Below, one piece after another: positions 1 through 10,998 of a stretch of 64,000 bases of DNA (positions are counted from its first letter, which is position 1; every line of letters starts with the position of its first letter). Made by a program: the position numbers and the translations under genes. The notes below the pieces were generated by a model. That model was not told where the DNA came from. It did no database searches and worked only from the letters and a program-made list of their open reading frames with translations. This stretch comes from Glaucostegus cemiculus (taxonomy: Eukaryota), in the NCBI GenBank assembly GCA_976551045.1, contig CDPCPM010000014.1, positions 30,318,001 through 30,382,000 on the forward strand, written 5' to 3'.

Positions 1-309
1 CATTGGCGATGAGACAGCAACGCGTGCCCCTCTAGAATCCTTTGCAATGACAGGAGTCTTGCGATCATCACTTTTACTTTTATGTTCCTCCAGTGAGAGG
101 GACTGGGATTCAGCCCTTTTGGCCTCCTTTGGTTCCTCTTTTATGTTGGCTACTGTAACGGGAATGTTGGACATATTTCCCTCTTTGTTGGAGGCCTTGA
201 TTGGACTGTCTTCTTTCTGCTTTTTCTCTCGCTCAAAGTCATCTGTTTTTTGCTGTTCCATATATTTAGGTTGGTAAACATAATGATGCCATGCCCGGGT
301 GTCTGGCTC
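1..309 (-). CDS. ZNF608: ZNF608 coding exon, truncated by the window edge
   Basis: Acceptor ttctttctacacAG|GAG (AG at 311-310). Open frame [21 protein letters not shown]...[13 protein letters not shown] matches the recalled vertebrate ZNF608 segment [16 protein letters not shown]...RVAVSSPM. Phase 0 join to the exon ending at 2165. Confidence 0.95.
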
Positions 310-1139
310 CTGTGTAGAAAGAACATGTCACTTAGACTTCATTTTACACACCTGATAAAACCTATGCAGTAAATCCCTACATTGCACATTACATGTGCAA
401 ATATCAGAGGAGGTCATTTTGATGAAACTGTGCAGTGATCAGACTGATTTTTAAATAAAAAGCAATCATGGTTATCTACTGTGAATTAAAAGGGACTTTA
501 CAACTCATAGGGAGAGCAATTACCAGGAGAGACTCCTCAAACCACTCTCCATCAGATCTGCAGGAAATACAGATCCTGACAAATATTTTTCTAATCATAC
601 ATTTTTTTATTTTGTGCTGAATAGAACCAACAGGAATCCAATTATACTTTGATAACTAGCTCCGTACAACCAGTGCCCTAAAGTGACTATGTATAACAAA
701 CTATAAATATTCTGCAGGTGTCTTGGGATTGAGACAGGGTGCAACTGAACAAGTGAGGTAAGGTCCTTTAACGCTTAATCAATTCTTGACTCAAAGTTTC
801 TGATCTGCATTTGCTAGAAAAGGTCACAGAGGAGTAATACATAGTTTAAAATGGTCATTTCTATAATGTTTTGATATATTATCACTTCCATACATACCCT
901 TGAAACCATTGTGCATGTATACACTTAATTTTCATTTCAAAAGTTTTTTTTTAGAAATTAGTGTTCTTTTAGACTTAGTAGTTTATTCACTTTGGAAGAC
1001 TCCAAAGCCTGAACGTATTTTTATCAAGTCATCACTTTTAAGCTTTCAAGGGAGCAGCAACACCGAATTCCCTCATCCTCTTCCTTCCCAGTGTCAATTG
1101 CAATTCCTCTATCATTGTTAGCAGCAGAAATCATAGTTA

Positions 1140-1240
1140 ATCTCCTATATTGTCTTAACCCACGTGCCTGTGATGCTGCTGCAAGCAAGATTTTCATTGT
1201 TCCTCACCAAACTTGTGCATGTGACAATAAACCTGACTTC
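1140..1240 (+). mobile_element. Rex1/Babar-like LINE 3' tail remnant
   Basis: gctgctgcaagcaagattttcattg...catgtgacaataaacctgact resembles the reverse complement of the tail at 36032-36110. Confidence 0.45.
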
Positions 1241-1304
1241 TTATTATGTAGAACTTCTTCTATTGCTTTTTCCATTTGATTCTCCACCTTTAATGATTAT
1301 CATT

Positions 1305-1910
1305 TCATAGATCACAGAAATGGGCCCTTTCAACCCACATTGTCCATGCTGACCGTGATGCTTATCTACACCAATCCCACAATGACATTCGGCCCAAATC
1401 TCTCTACACCTTTCCTATCCAGGTTCCTGTCCAAATGCCTTTTAAACATTGTAATTGTATCTGCATCCTCTGACCACTTGTTCCAGGTATTTACTACCTT
1501 CTGTGAAAAACTTTTTTATTTACAGCGTGGTAACAGGCCCTTTCACCCAACGAGTCCGTGACGCCCATTTTAAACCCCAAATTAACCTACCCGTATGTCT
1601 TTTAGAATGTGGGAGGAAACCGAAGCACCCGGAGGAAACGCACACAGACACGGGAGAACGTACAAACTCCTTACAGTCAGTGACGGGAATCGAACCCAGA
1701 TCTCCTTAAATTTCTTCCCTCACAGCTTAAATGTATGCCATCTACTTCTGGACTCCCTGCCCCGAGAACAAAAATCTATCTATCCTATCTCTGCCCTTTG
1801 TATCTTTGTAATCCCCTATATGGTCAACTCAGTCTTCTACATTTTAGAGAATAAATCCAGCCTATCCAGTCTCTCATAACTATAGCCCTCCATTCCAGGC
1901 AACATCCTGA
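1305..1910 (-). mobile_element. CR1-type (HER1-like) LINE 3' fragment, interrupted by a SINE
   Basis: Colinear with copies at 10527-10998 and 38112-38930 (ggcccttc..cccac, cctctt/tttaaa, ccaggcaacatcct). Confidence 0.8.
1512..1703 (-). mobile_element. HE1/V-SINE, 5'-truncated, CR1-like tail
   Basis: Perfect B box GGTTCGATTCC (1696-1686), V-core GGAGTTTGTACGTTCTCCCGTGTCTGTGTGCGTTTCCTCCGGGTGCTTCGGTTTCCTCCCACA, tail aagggcctgttaccacgctgta. CpGs retained, so young. Confidence 0.85.
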
Positions 1911-2164
1911 CCTTCAAATCGTCCATTTGTCCCGTTTTCCTTTATCTCACTGTATAGTTTTGTTTGACAAATTATAATGTTAATGCCCTTCATAAATACC
2001 AGATTATCTTGAGAAAATGTTGTTACATTTATAAACCTCAGCCCACAAGCTTGAGGTATATTTACCCACGAAGCACTTGGACAGCAGTATTTATTTTTTT
2101 TACATAAAAATTCAGAATTGATAACATTAGCGCTGGAGTATTTCTGACATCATCAGCTGCCCAC

Positions 2165-4655
2165 CTGTTTGAAGCGCAGGGTGGGATCCACTCCTGTCTG
2201 TTTCATAGAGTCCATGACAGACTTCATTTCCACCGCTTCCTTGATAAGCTGGTGATTCTCCATTTGCTTGGCTTTAAGCCCATCAGTTGCCAGTTGTTGC
2301 TGCATCTGTGATTTCACAACCTCATCTGGTTTGTTTGTGATCCCGGGCTTTGAGGAATCTGACAGCAAGAAAGCATCCTTGCTCTTTGTGCTGTTTTTGT
2401 TTGGCTCTGGGGTGGAAGGAGCTTTTGAGATTGTAGCAGTTGGGATATTTTTCTGCTTTAGCTCTTCTTTTCCCAGTTCCTTTTGCTGGCCTTCCCCTTT
2501 TCTTTCATTGTCCCTCCCCATCTGCTGCAGTTTCTGCTCTGCAAACCGCTGCTCTTCGTAAAACTTCTCATACTGCTGTCTGTAAGAAGGATTTGTCATT
2601 ATTGACTTCTGGTCAACGTAACACAGCCCATATGCATACTGTCCATAATAGAGTGACTGAGCAAGTGCTGGGTGTCTTTGTGTAATGACAGATTGATGCT
2701 GAGCTTGAATATTTACTGTACTTGTGTCGTTTTTCTTAACGTCCAAAACCTCTACCTTGTCCTTCTTCTCAGCGTCTTCCTCCATCTCTTTTTTCACTTT
2801 GGTGCTCTGGGATGTGGAAGTGTTCCCTGTTGTGGTGCTACTGACCTGACTGGGGTGCATGTAATTTGGGGAATAGTAAGGCTCATAACCATGGTAAAAA
2901 GGGGAATGAGTCTCTTTGCTTTGCGCTGGCTGAGAAGTGGCTGAGGAGTGAGTTTTTACAACAGTGTCCTTAGAGGAAATTGTATCTGCAGGAGAATTAG
3001 TCTTTGATCTGATGCTCTCTGATCTGCTGTCAGAGCCTCCATCATCAGCTGCATCAGAAATGTCCGAGTAAGCGGGGCTGTTAGTTTTGGTCGCAGTCCC
3101 GTCACCACCATTTTGTGTTAAAACGTGTAATGGCGTCATGGGAGATTGTCCATTAACCAGACTACTGCATTCCAGCCTACAGGCACTCCCGATAGAAGGG
3201 CTGGGAGCATTGTCGGTGAATGTGTAAACCTTGTCAGCCTCAGCTTTAATGCTGGCCATCCTGCTCTCCTGAGAGTCACACAAACCATTGACAAGCACTT
3301 CATTCTTATTGAGATGTTCTTTTAAAAAATGTGCAGCCAGCTCTTTTGCGGAAGCCTTTAAATCCTCAGGTTTCCCTAGCTTAGAGTCCATCTTTGGCCC
3401 GACTGTCTCTTTGCCCTCTTTGTCTTTTAGTTTTCGCTTCTCTTTCTTCTTTTTATCCTTGAGCGAGGACAGGGCTGGGTTTACTGTGCTAGGCTCTCCC
3501 ATAATTGTGGGCTTTGGTTGAATAGGTTTCAGTGGTGGGCTCTTTGGTGTTGCCTGGACAACTGTTGTAGTAAGAGAGGGCAGCCCTGGTATTGTTCCTG
3601 CAGTGGTGGTTGTGAATGTAGCAGTGGGAATAGCAATCAGTTGTGGCGGGGGAGGTGCAGGAGCAATAGGTCTCGTTGTCTTCAGCTTCGATAACGTTTT
3701 GTCCACTTTTCCACTGCTGTTCTTTTTGCCTTTTTCTTTTTCAACCAAGTTTTTCTTATCAATCACTCCTTCAACCTCAAGTTTTGGCATTTCTGAAGCT
3801 GAGCCACCATCAGGGACTGAGCAACTTTCCAAAGCTGCTGACATATTAGAAATCACAGGCAGGTTACTCAGGTCACTGTTAAGACCTTTCTTTTTGCTAC
3901 TGTTTTTCCCGGATTTCGAGTTGACTACAGGGCTTTGAGCATTGGTAGTGATGTCCCGGCGTCCCTTAGGTGTCCCTGGGGTGCTGACAGAAATGGGTGA
4001 TGGCGGTGCTTTTACTTGCTCATAACTCAGCCCAGTGCTAGGAAGCAAAGTGCCGTTTCCAGTTTCAGACGGCTCAACGCCAATTGCCACATTATTCAGA
4101 GCCTCGTCACAATCTGACATTTTGTCTTCGATGTCAGGCTCAAATTCCAGTTTATTTTCAGGATCTAAATGTGCATGAGCCTGGTGGTAGCGCAAACCAT
4201 TGATGTGTTTGTACTTCTTGCTGCAGTTTGGGTGGGGACAGTCAATCAGTACTGGGGAAGAGCAACCCTGTTCTATGAACATGGGCTCTGGCTTCCCTTG
4301 TGGCGTAGTGGGAGTGCTTCTGGAATTTGTGCGGACCCGCTTCCCGGACTTGGTGTCCTCAGAACTAGAGTTTAGGTCCAGTTCCATGGGAGGCTTGTTC
4401 TTCCTTTTATTGACGGGCGAGGGGCTGGTTTTCACATCCTCCACCGTACAATTAGGGGGTGTCCTGCGACCATTCGAGTTAAGACTGCCCCGCCGCCCTT
4501 TCCCATTGGCACCACCACCTCTGTTCTTGTTTTGCATGCCTCTGGACTCAGTGAAGCCAGTATCATTTATTGGAGCATTAGCAACAGAGCGTGCCCTTTT
4601 CCCTCGGCCTCGACTGGCTCGCATTTCAAGGTCACTTGTGGGCGATTCACAAAAT
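2165..4655 (-). CDS. ZNF608: ZNF608 large coding exon (2491 nt) with the single C2H2 zinc finger
   Basis: Lies within ORF 2153..4672. Acceptor ccacAG|ATTTTGT, donor CAG|GTGGGC. Encodes [12 protein letters not shown], the zinc finger [33 protein letters not shown] and [10 protein letters not shown]. Fits ZNF608 better than paralog ZNF609 by recall. Confidence 0.97.
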
Positions 4656-4821
4656 CTGTGGAATGTAAACATTTCAAATCAGTATCAGCATGAACTGGTT
4701 TGTATACATTGGAGCTCAGTCAAAAGGAAACAGAGAGAGCTGCTTCTGATAGAACTTTTAAATGAAGCTCAGACGTGCCTGTAGATCCCATGTATCTTTA
4801 CGGTGCACTTTCATTATTTTC

Positions 4822-5290
4822 ACAGCATCATGGAAACAAGGCCTCCAGTCGCACCAACCATCAAGCACCTCTTTACACTAATCCCACACTAATTGCATTT
4901 TATCCCCACATTGCCACCACACTGCCGTTCTGAAGGGGCGGGCAATAGCCTCCGTTGCCCTGGTACATGGAGCTAAGTAAAACAGAGGGCTATGGGTATG
5001 CCTAGTAATTTCTAGTGTAGGGACATGTTCGGCACAGCTTTGTGGGCCGAAGGGCCTGAATTGTGCTGTAGTTTTTCTATGTTCTAACTCCACCCTCCCC
5101 CCAGCCCTGCCAGATTCTACAACTCATTTACACACTAGAGGCAGTTTACAGTGGCCAATTAACCTTTAGAATATGGGACGAAACCAACGCAGTGACAAGG
5201 AGAATGTGCAAACTCCACACAGATAGTACCAGAGGTTGGGATCAAACCCGGGTCACTGGAACTGTGAGGTAACAGCTGTACATACCACCC
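4822..5290 (-). mobile_element. Degenerate V-SINE split by a CR1 insertion
   Basis: Head with B-box-like CCCGGGTTTGATCCC and V-core GGAGTTTGCACATTCTCC at 5190-5260. Tail portion at 4822-4910. Confidence 0.7.
4962..5086 (+). mobile_element. Young CR1 LINE 3' end
   Basis: ggtacatggag...gagggctatggg...tgtgggccgaagggcctgaattgtgctgtagtttttctatgttcta is the typical elasmobranch CR1 terminus with a ttctatg-type tail. Confidence 0.8.
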
Positions 5291-6237
5291 ACTCCTTGTG
5301 AAAGTTGGTTGGCAATGATTCTATAATCTTTAAAGATATGATAGAACAAAAGACTCTCCAGTTTCCTGATAGGAAGACTGCGAGATAAATGGTTCGCTCT
5401 GGCTCTTTAACTCTGAACTGGATCCAAACCCAGTCCAGATGGAACAGTGAATGATCTCTCTGTTGCTGTTAAATTCCTGCATCAAACGAGTTTGGCTAAT
5501 TTCAACATTGGGATTGCCTCAGAAAGTAAAAATGCAATACACTTTGGCTGCTGCTGTTAAACTGGAAGCCATATGCGGTGCTGACTGAGGAGAGATTGAT
5601 CAGAGAGTCAAAACTCCTAGCAAGCTGTGTTGTTGAATTGATAGAAGATTCTTCAGAGACTGATGTGCAGAACTGTACAGTGCTCTGGTCAGGCTGCCCC
5701 ATGAGTACTGCGCCCAGTCGCTGACACTTGAGACTAAGAGGCACAAGTCCACATGGTAGACTCAAGAGGGATAAGTCATGAGATATTTCAGAAAATCCTA
5801 GACTAATCAAACTTCAGTGTAGGAAAGTGGAAGGAGACCACAGAGGGATATCTAAAGAATCAAAGAGAATAATCTTGAGCACACCTTTGTGTACCACCAC
5901 AACTCAGAACAGGGAGACAAAAGTACAAACTAAGCAAAGAAACATGCATGACTATGTTTTATTTAAAATGCAAAGATCTTTCAGGAAGCAGTGGAATCAA
6001 AAGTCATCATCATAAAGGCAGTTAGATTATGTGACAGGGTGATCAGAGGTTCCAATGGAAAAAGGAACTCAGTGGGATGAATTGTCTCCCTACGTTGTTA
6101 AGCTGTACCAAACATCCTTTCTCTACTTATTGTTGATTCCAGGAACACATGTCTGGTAATGTGCACTCAGAAAACCAGAAAAAAATAAGTGTAGAGCATA
6201 TTTTGCCCCATTCAGTGTATTTTCTGTGAAGCAGTTT

Positions 6238-6257
6238 CCCCCCCCCCCCCCCCCCCC
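6238..6257. repeat. Poly-C20 tract (G20 on the transcript strand)
   Basis: Directly visible homopolymer. Confidence 0.95.
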
Positions 6258-6357
6258 GAATTGTATTTATTTCACGTTCTTCTACACATAAGTTAGAAAT
6301 CATTCAACATTATCCTGAAGTACAGCAAGACCTTAAACACACACAATGTGGGCTTAC

Positions 6358-6445
6358 CTTGGAGGAGCCCAGTCATGCTTTGTGCAGTCCAATAGTGTGC
6401 CTACATAGGTCTTATTTCGCCAGGTCACATTTACCACCAGGACAC
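6358..6445 (-). CDS. ZNF608: ZNF608 88-nt coding exon (conserved brakeless-family domain)
   Basis: Acceptor ttatgttgcAG|GT, donor AAG|GTAAGC. Translates (G)[28 protein letters not shown](R). Phase 1 in and phase 2 out match both neighbours. Not in the ORF track. Confidence 0.96.
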
Positions 6446-7560
6446 CTGCAACATAAAAAAAACCACATTTAAAAAAAAAATCACTCATAGTTGTGATCCA
6501 TTTATCTCATCCCTCAAAGCACACTTAAACGCACATTTGTTTTCCAAGGCTGTGGCTTTGCATTCTTCCTTTTTCTGGCTTCACTGACCTCAAGTCAAGA
6601 CCACAGGAAATTGTTTTTTTTAGTGTGTAATCGAGATACGGCTGACAGAAGGAAATGGTTCTTGCCACGTCCTGCTGTAAAACGGCAACACTCACCTCTT
6701 AATTTTTGCTATTATTACATGTAATTGCTTTTGCTTGGCAAGCTGCCAGCACACACTGAACCAGTCTATAGAACTAAGAAGCTGAGCTGGCCGTGGGTAA
6801 TCAGTGAACTTCTTTCAGTTTTTGCTGAATTGGAAGGTGAGGTAGTGGGGAGAGGGGTGGGGGACATTGGTAGCGAGTGAGGAGGGAAAGCCAAATGCTA
6901 CTCCTTTTCAGAGATTTACATCAGTCAATCAAACCACTTCTCAAAGCTCTCATTCACGGCTTCTTGATTCAGCCAGTGAAACCCTGCCAGACAAAGGTTT
7001 TTTTTCCCCCACAATAAAAATCAATGGGATTACTTCTGCTGTAAAATGATTTGAAAGCATCTTATGCACAAATTACTAGTACCCTCTGGATGAAACAAAA
7101 ATAACAGTCTTCAAACTAAGATTTTAAATTTGAATGTGGTGAGCACCATTATATATAATTCTGGGAAAATGATTAAATAGCACTCAGAACTAAAATCATT
7201 ATTCAAGTTATTCTCCAAAATTAGCTTTTATCCATTGGCTATCCTACACGTAATCTTGGTTAAGGTGAGTAATTTTATACAAATCCCTTATCCTTCTCCT
7301 GCTGTTTTTACTGTAGTGTACTAAATATACAATGGCTGTCCTGCAGTAAAACTGACTGCGGGCTTTTTTGTCTAATCAGTTAGAATTACACATCATCACT
7401 ATTATGGTTTATTTCTCACATTCCCTTCACTACACAATGATAATTTCTTCCCCCCGGGAATTTCTGGAGAGAGATAACTCTTCATTGAAGGGCTAATTCT
7501 ATTCATATCAGTTTTTTCATACTTTCAGAAATATGTGGGAAAATTTGTTTTAAAAAAAAT

Positions 7561-7745
7561 GGAGACACAAGAGACAGCAGATGCTGGAATCTGGAGCAAT
7601 GAACAAATTGCTGGAGGAACTCAGCAGGTCAAGCAACAGATGTGGGGGGGGAAAGGAATTTCCCTGATTTGTCCTGATCCAGGATCTTGACCGAAACATT
7701 GGCAATTCCTTTCCTCCCATTGATGCTGCTCGACCTGCTGAGTTT
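7561..7745. mobile_element. Palindromic Penelope-derived element, degenerate hammerhead motif
   Basis: Arms ctcagcaggtcaagca / tgctcgacctgctgag; centre gtcCTGATCCaggatcttgaccGAAACATT. Confidence 0.75.
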
Positions 7746-8307
7746 GTTTTTTCTTTATTTTTAAAAATACTGACAACGCATTGTGTTGCATTTAATTTAT
7801 AGTGAGAAATGCGAATTAATTTGTCTGTTTCAAAACAGATATTTTGAACTTCCAGATCTTTTCTGTACATATTTTGTCAGGATGTACATCAAAGCCTGTT
7901 ACCTTCACACCCTTCAATTATCAACAACTCCATCCACACTGAATAAAACCACAAAACATCCTGCCAGCCACAAAGAAGGAAGGAACCTTCACTAACCCAG
8001 CTCCCCAAGGACCTATAAACAGAACAAACCTGTAGCTTAATTCCCTTAAGGGCTGACAAAATGCTACTGTGGGGAGGAATCTAAACATAGTAGTGTTTTA
8101 TTCTTAAGTGACACTGGTGGATTCTACTGGATGAGGAAGTGATGCAGCTACAAAACAATACACTGATAATGTGTCAGTGATCAGTTTTTGTGCAACTGCC
8201 CTCCCCCTAATAAACAATACCCCATCTGGAAAATCTATGAAATGATGGGATTCTCGTATCAGCTGGTTTTCACCTCCTTTCAGAGTGCAACCCAAGGTAA
8301 CACAGAC

Positions 8308-8404
8308 CTTTCAGCTGTGTTAAATTCTTGAACATATCAACAATATTTACATCACTAATGCATTTGTATCGCCAGAGGGTTTTCCTTCTTCTCTCTCGAC
8401 TCAT
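8308..8404 (-). CDS. ZNF608: Candidate alternative first coding exon of ZNF608 (short isoform)
   Basis: ATG at 8404 with G at -3 and an upstream in-frame TAG at 8476-8474. 32 open codons MSRERRRKTLWRYKCISDVNIVDMFKNLTQLK, then G|GTCTGT donor in phase 1, in frame with exon 6358-6445. Confidence 0.55.
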
Positions 8405-8684
8405 CCCAGAAAGAGACTGCCAGATCCAGTCACAACTAACTGCAGTAGTGCAGCTGTGGCAAAAGAAAGAAAGCTAAACATAAACGTATAATTAAAATTT
8501 CCTTAAAAAAAAAGCTTTAGAATTTTTTTTCAGAAAAGGAGAAAGGGACAAGCAAGCCCATTCAAGAGCCGGGGCAATAAAATTGTGAAGACGAAAGACC
8601 AGTGAAGACACTTAACATTTGTCTGCAGTGAAAGCCTTTGTTTAAGCATCTCCCTTCAGGGTTACGCATTGCCAAACCAAAAAA

Positions 8685-8740
8685 GCCACTTCATTGGCTC
8701 GCTCCTGCTGGGAGCACTGCAAGCTGATTGGTCCTTTCTC
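8685..8740 (-). promoter_or_regulatory. Tandem CCAAT (NF-Y) boxes, candidate internal promoter
   Basis: Minus strand GACCAATCAG (CCAAT 8731-8727) and AGCCAATGA (8697-8693), 34 bp apart, same orientation, about 290 bp upstream of the candidate ATG. Confidence 0.5.
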
Positions 8741-10159
8741 AGCTCTGCAGTACAGAGCACAAAGAAAAAGGTTTCTTGAAAGAGATGGGTGCATGAAAGA
8801 AAATACTGCAGCACCATAAGCAAAAGAAAAATGTTTCCAATGGCTTAAAAGAATTCAAATGGGAGCTCAGCAAAGGAATCCTTGCTTTTTAAAAAAAATG
8901 GCAATGTTCACTCCTGACATAAAGGCCAGCCTGTCCCTTCTGGAATTGCATCAAACATGAGTCTAATGGTTGATAGTTCAATCGACCAGAGAAGGAGGAA
9001 GAAAAAGGCTTGATCAATTGGAACTGCTGCCAAGAACTGTGAATCAAATTAACCTTTTCTCTCATAGTTGCAGCTAACGATAAATCAACACCCAGGTCGC
9101 AAGCCAGCACCTTATCCGAATCGAAGATTTTCTGTAGAAGCCAGCGGAGCAGCAACTTATTGTCGGAGGAGCGGTGCCAGCCTCGGAATTCCAAACATCC
9201 TCACGTAAACAGCCTCTGACCTTTTCCTTAAACTGCTAGGGGTTTAGTGAAGCATGCCGCAAAGCGCCATGCCTTCTTAACCACAGGACTCATAAAAAAT
9301 TACACTGTTAAATTACAGCCATGAACACGGCACACTGAGGCCCTGTCAGAGCTCCACTCAACACTTTCAATCTGTTACCTCTGACAAATTTAGCAGTCCA
9401 GTGCAGTAAAGAATCCTTTAGTCGCTTGCAGACCAAACAACTGTAAATGCTTCTCAGTATTTAGATAATGTCAAGACAAATAAAACTTTATGGAAAAGTG
9501 CAGACTGCCAAGTCTGTCCAGCTTTCTTAAAGGCAAACATGAACTGACTACAAAAACATGTTTTTCTCTAGTGACGGACTGCACAAGGTAATATCTGAAC
9601 ACAAGGTGAAAACTTGCAGAGTTTTTCGTATGTGGAAAAACCCCAGTAAAATTCACTGCAGGAAAATCAAGGTTTGTTTTTAGATTAAAGCCTTTTTTAA
9701 AAAAAATGTGTGGCGATATCTGTGCTGAATGAACAGTGAAGCTTCTGCTCACAGTACTAAATTCCTAAATAAACAGACAGTGGGTGAGTTTGATGGACAC
9801 TTCCAGTTAAAAGTTTTAATACTGTAAAGGAATTAAGAGAATGCACAGTCCAGCTCTTACTTTTTTCTTATATTTTCCCTTCAATCATCATTTTGCAGTG
9901 TACATTGTTAAAGCAGCTTTTTAATGCAGGTGGTGTAGTAAGGAATGGGACCCATCAATCACCTAAACCACAGGATGGGAATGGAAACCAGTCATCCTCC
10001 ACCCCAAGGGACTGCCTAAGAAGGAAGAATAAGGTGCAGCCAGAGGCAACTAACAAGGAGCAATCTCTCACAGGTCTGACCTGGCCACCGTGGGGATAGT
10101 GGAAAGATTTGAAAACATTGTTCTGCAGTACAAAAGAGCAACATATTTCCTGCTGCTTA

Positions 10160-10252
10160 ATGCAGCCTACATTGCAGCAGTGACTACACTTCAAAAGCAC
10201 TTCATTGGCTGTAAAGCACTAAGTCGCTTTATAATTGCAAGTCTTTCTTTCC
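10160..10252 (+). mobile_element. DeuSINE (SacSINE1/AmnSINE1-like) 3' fragment
   Basis: cctacattgcagcagtgactacacttcaaaagcacttcattggctgtaaagcact...gcaagtctttctttc; related to copies at 13025 and 16975. Confidence 0.75.
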
Positions 10253-10526
10253 TTTATTAAAGCAAACCTGCTTCAAAAGGCCGGCTAGGCATTTTGCTTT
10301 GGACAATATTCCAAGCCCCAGGGAACTGCACTACCTGGGAGAGGCGGCTGTGTGAGGTTTCACAAGTAATAATATGAGTGGATTTGGGGGATCGCTACAC
10401 AATGGTGAGAAGCAGCTGCAGTGACTCTTTACTCTCAGGGCATTAAAGTGATTGATTTTGCTCTTGTGGTACTGCTCTGGTCTAAGTTTGGATGGAGGGC
10501 CCAGCATGACTCCTTGGAGATGTCAA

Positions 10527-10998
10527 AGTCATAGAGCTGCAGAGCATAAAATCAGGAGCTTTGGCCCACTGCATCTATGCTGACCATCATGCCTATCTTT
10601 ACTAATCCCACTTCCCTGCATGAATTCCCTATCCCTCTCTGCCTTGTTCATTCAAGTACCTGTCAAGATGCCTCTTAAATGTTGCTACTGTTTCTGCTTC
10701 TGGAAACTCATTCCAGATACCAGCTATTCTGTGTGTGAAATATTTATCCCTTTTACACCTCCTCCCTCTCACCTTATACCTATACCCTCCAGTTTTAGAC
10801 TCCCTTACCATTGGGAAAGGGTACTGGCTCCATCTAATGCCTCTCATAATTTTATACAACTCAATCATGTCACCTCTTGGCTTCCTTCACTCCAGAGACA
10901 AAAAAAACAAACTTAGCCAATCTAGTCTTTCCTGATAACTCAAGCCCTCCAATCCAGGCAACATCCTTGTGAATCTTTTCTGCATCTTCTCTGACTTC
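10527..10998 (-). mobile_element. CR1 LINE 3' fragment (ORF2 C-terminus and 3' UTR)
   Basis: ORF 10629..10868 shows CR1 motifs IELYKIMRG, FTHRIAGIWNEFP and TFKRHLDRYL. Confidence 0.9.

Noticed and set aside
1660-1703. tRNA gene suggested by the GGTTCGATTCC box
   Set aside because: No A box or cloverleaf; it runs directly into a V-SINE core.
4656-4672. ATG start of the 839-aa ORF (MFTFH)
   Set aside because: Intronic: it lies upstream of the acceptor at 4657-4656. The ORF's terminal VGS is likewise read-through past the donor.
2268-4784. Plus-strand ORFs of up to 194 aa overlapping the large exon
   Set aside because: Antisense shadows of the ZNF608 coding frame, with composition dictated by the sense codons; no independent gene signals.
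5395-5505. Possible LF-SINE-like ancient repeat
   Set aside because: Only faint similarity by eye; not supportable without an HMM search.
8889-9194. 101-aa minus-strand ORF as a coding exon
   Set aside because: Non-ATG start, no recognisable homology, and its frame at the 9054 donor is phase 0, incompatible with the phase-1 downstream exon.
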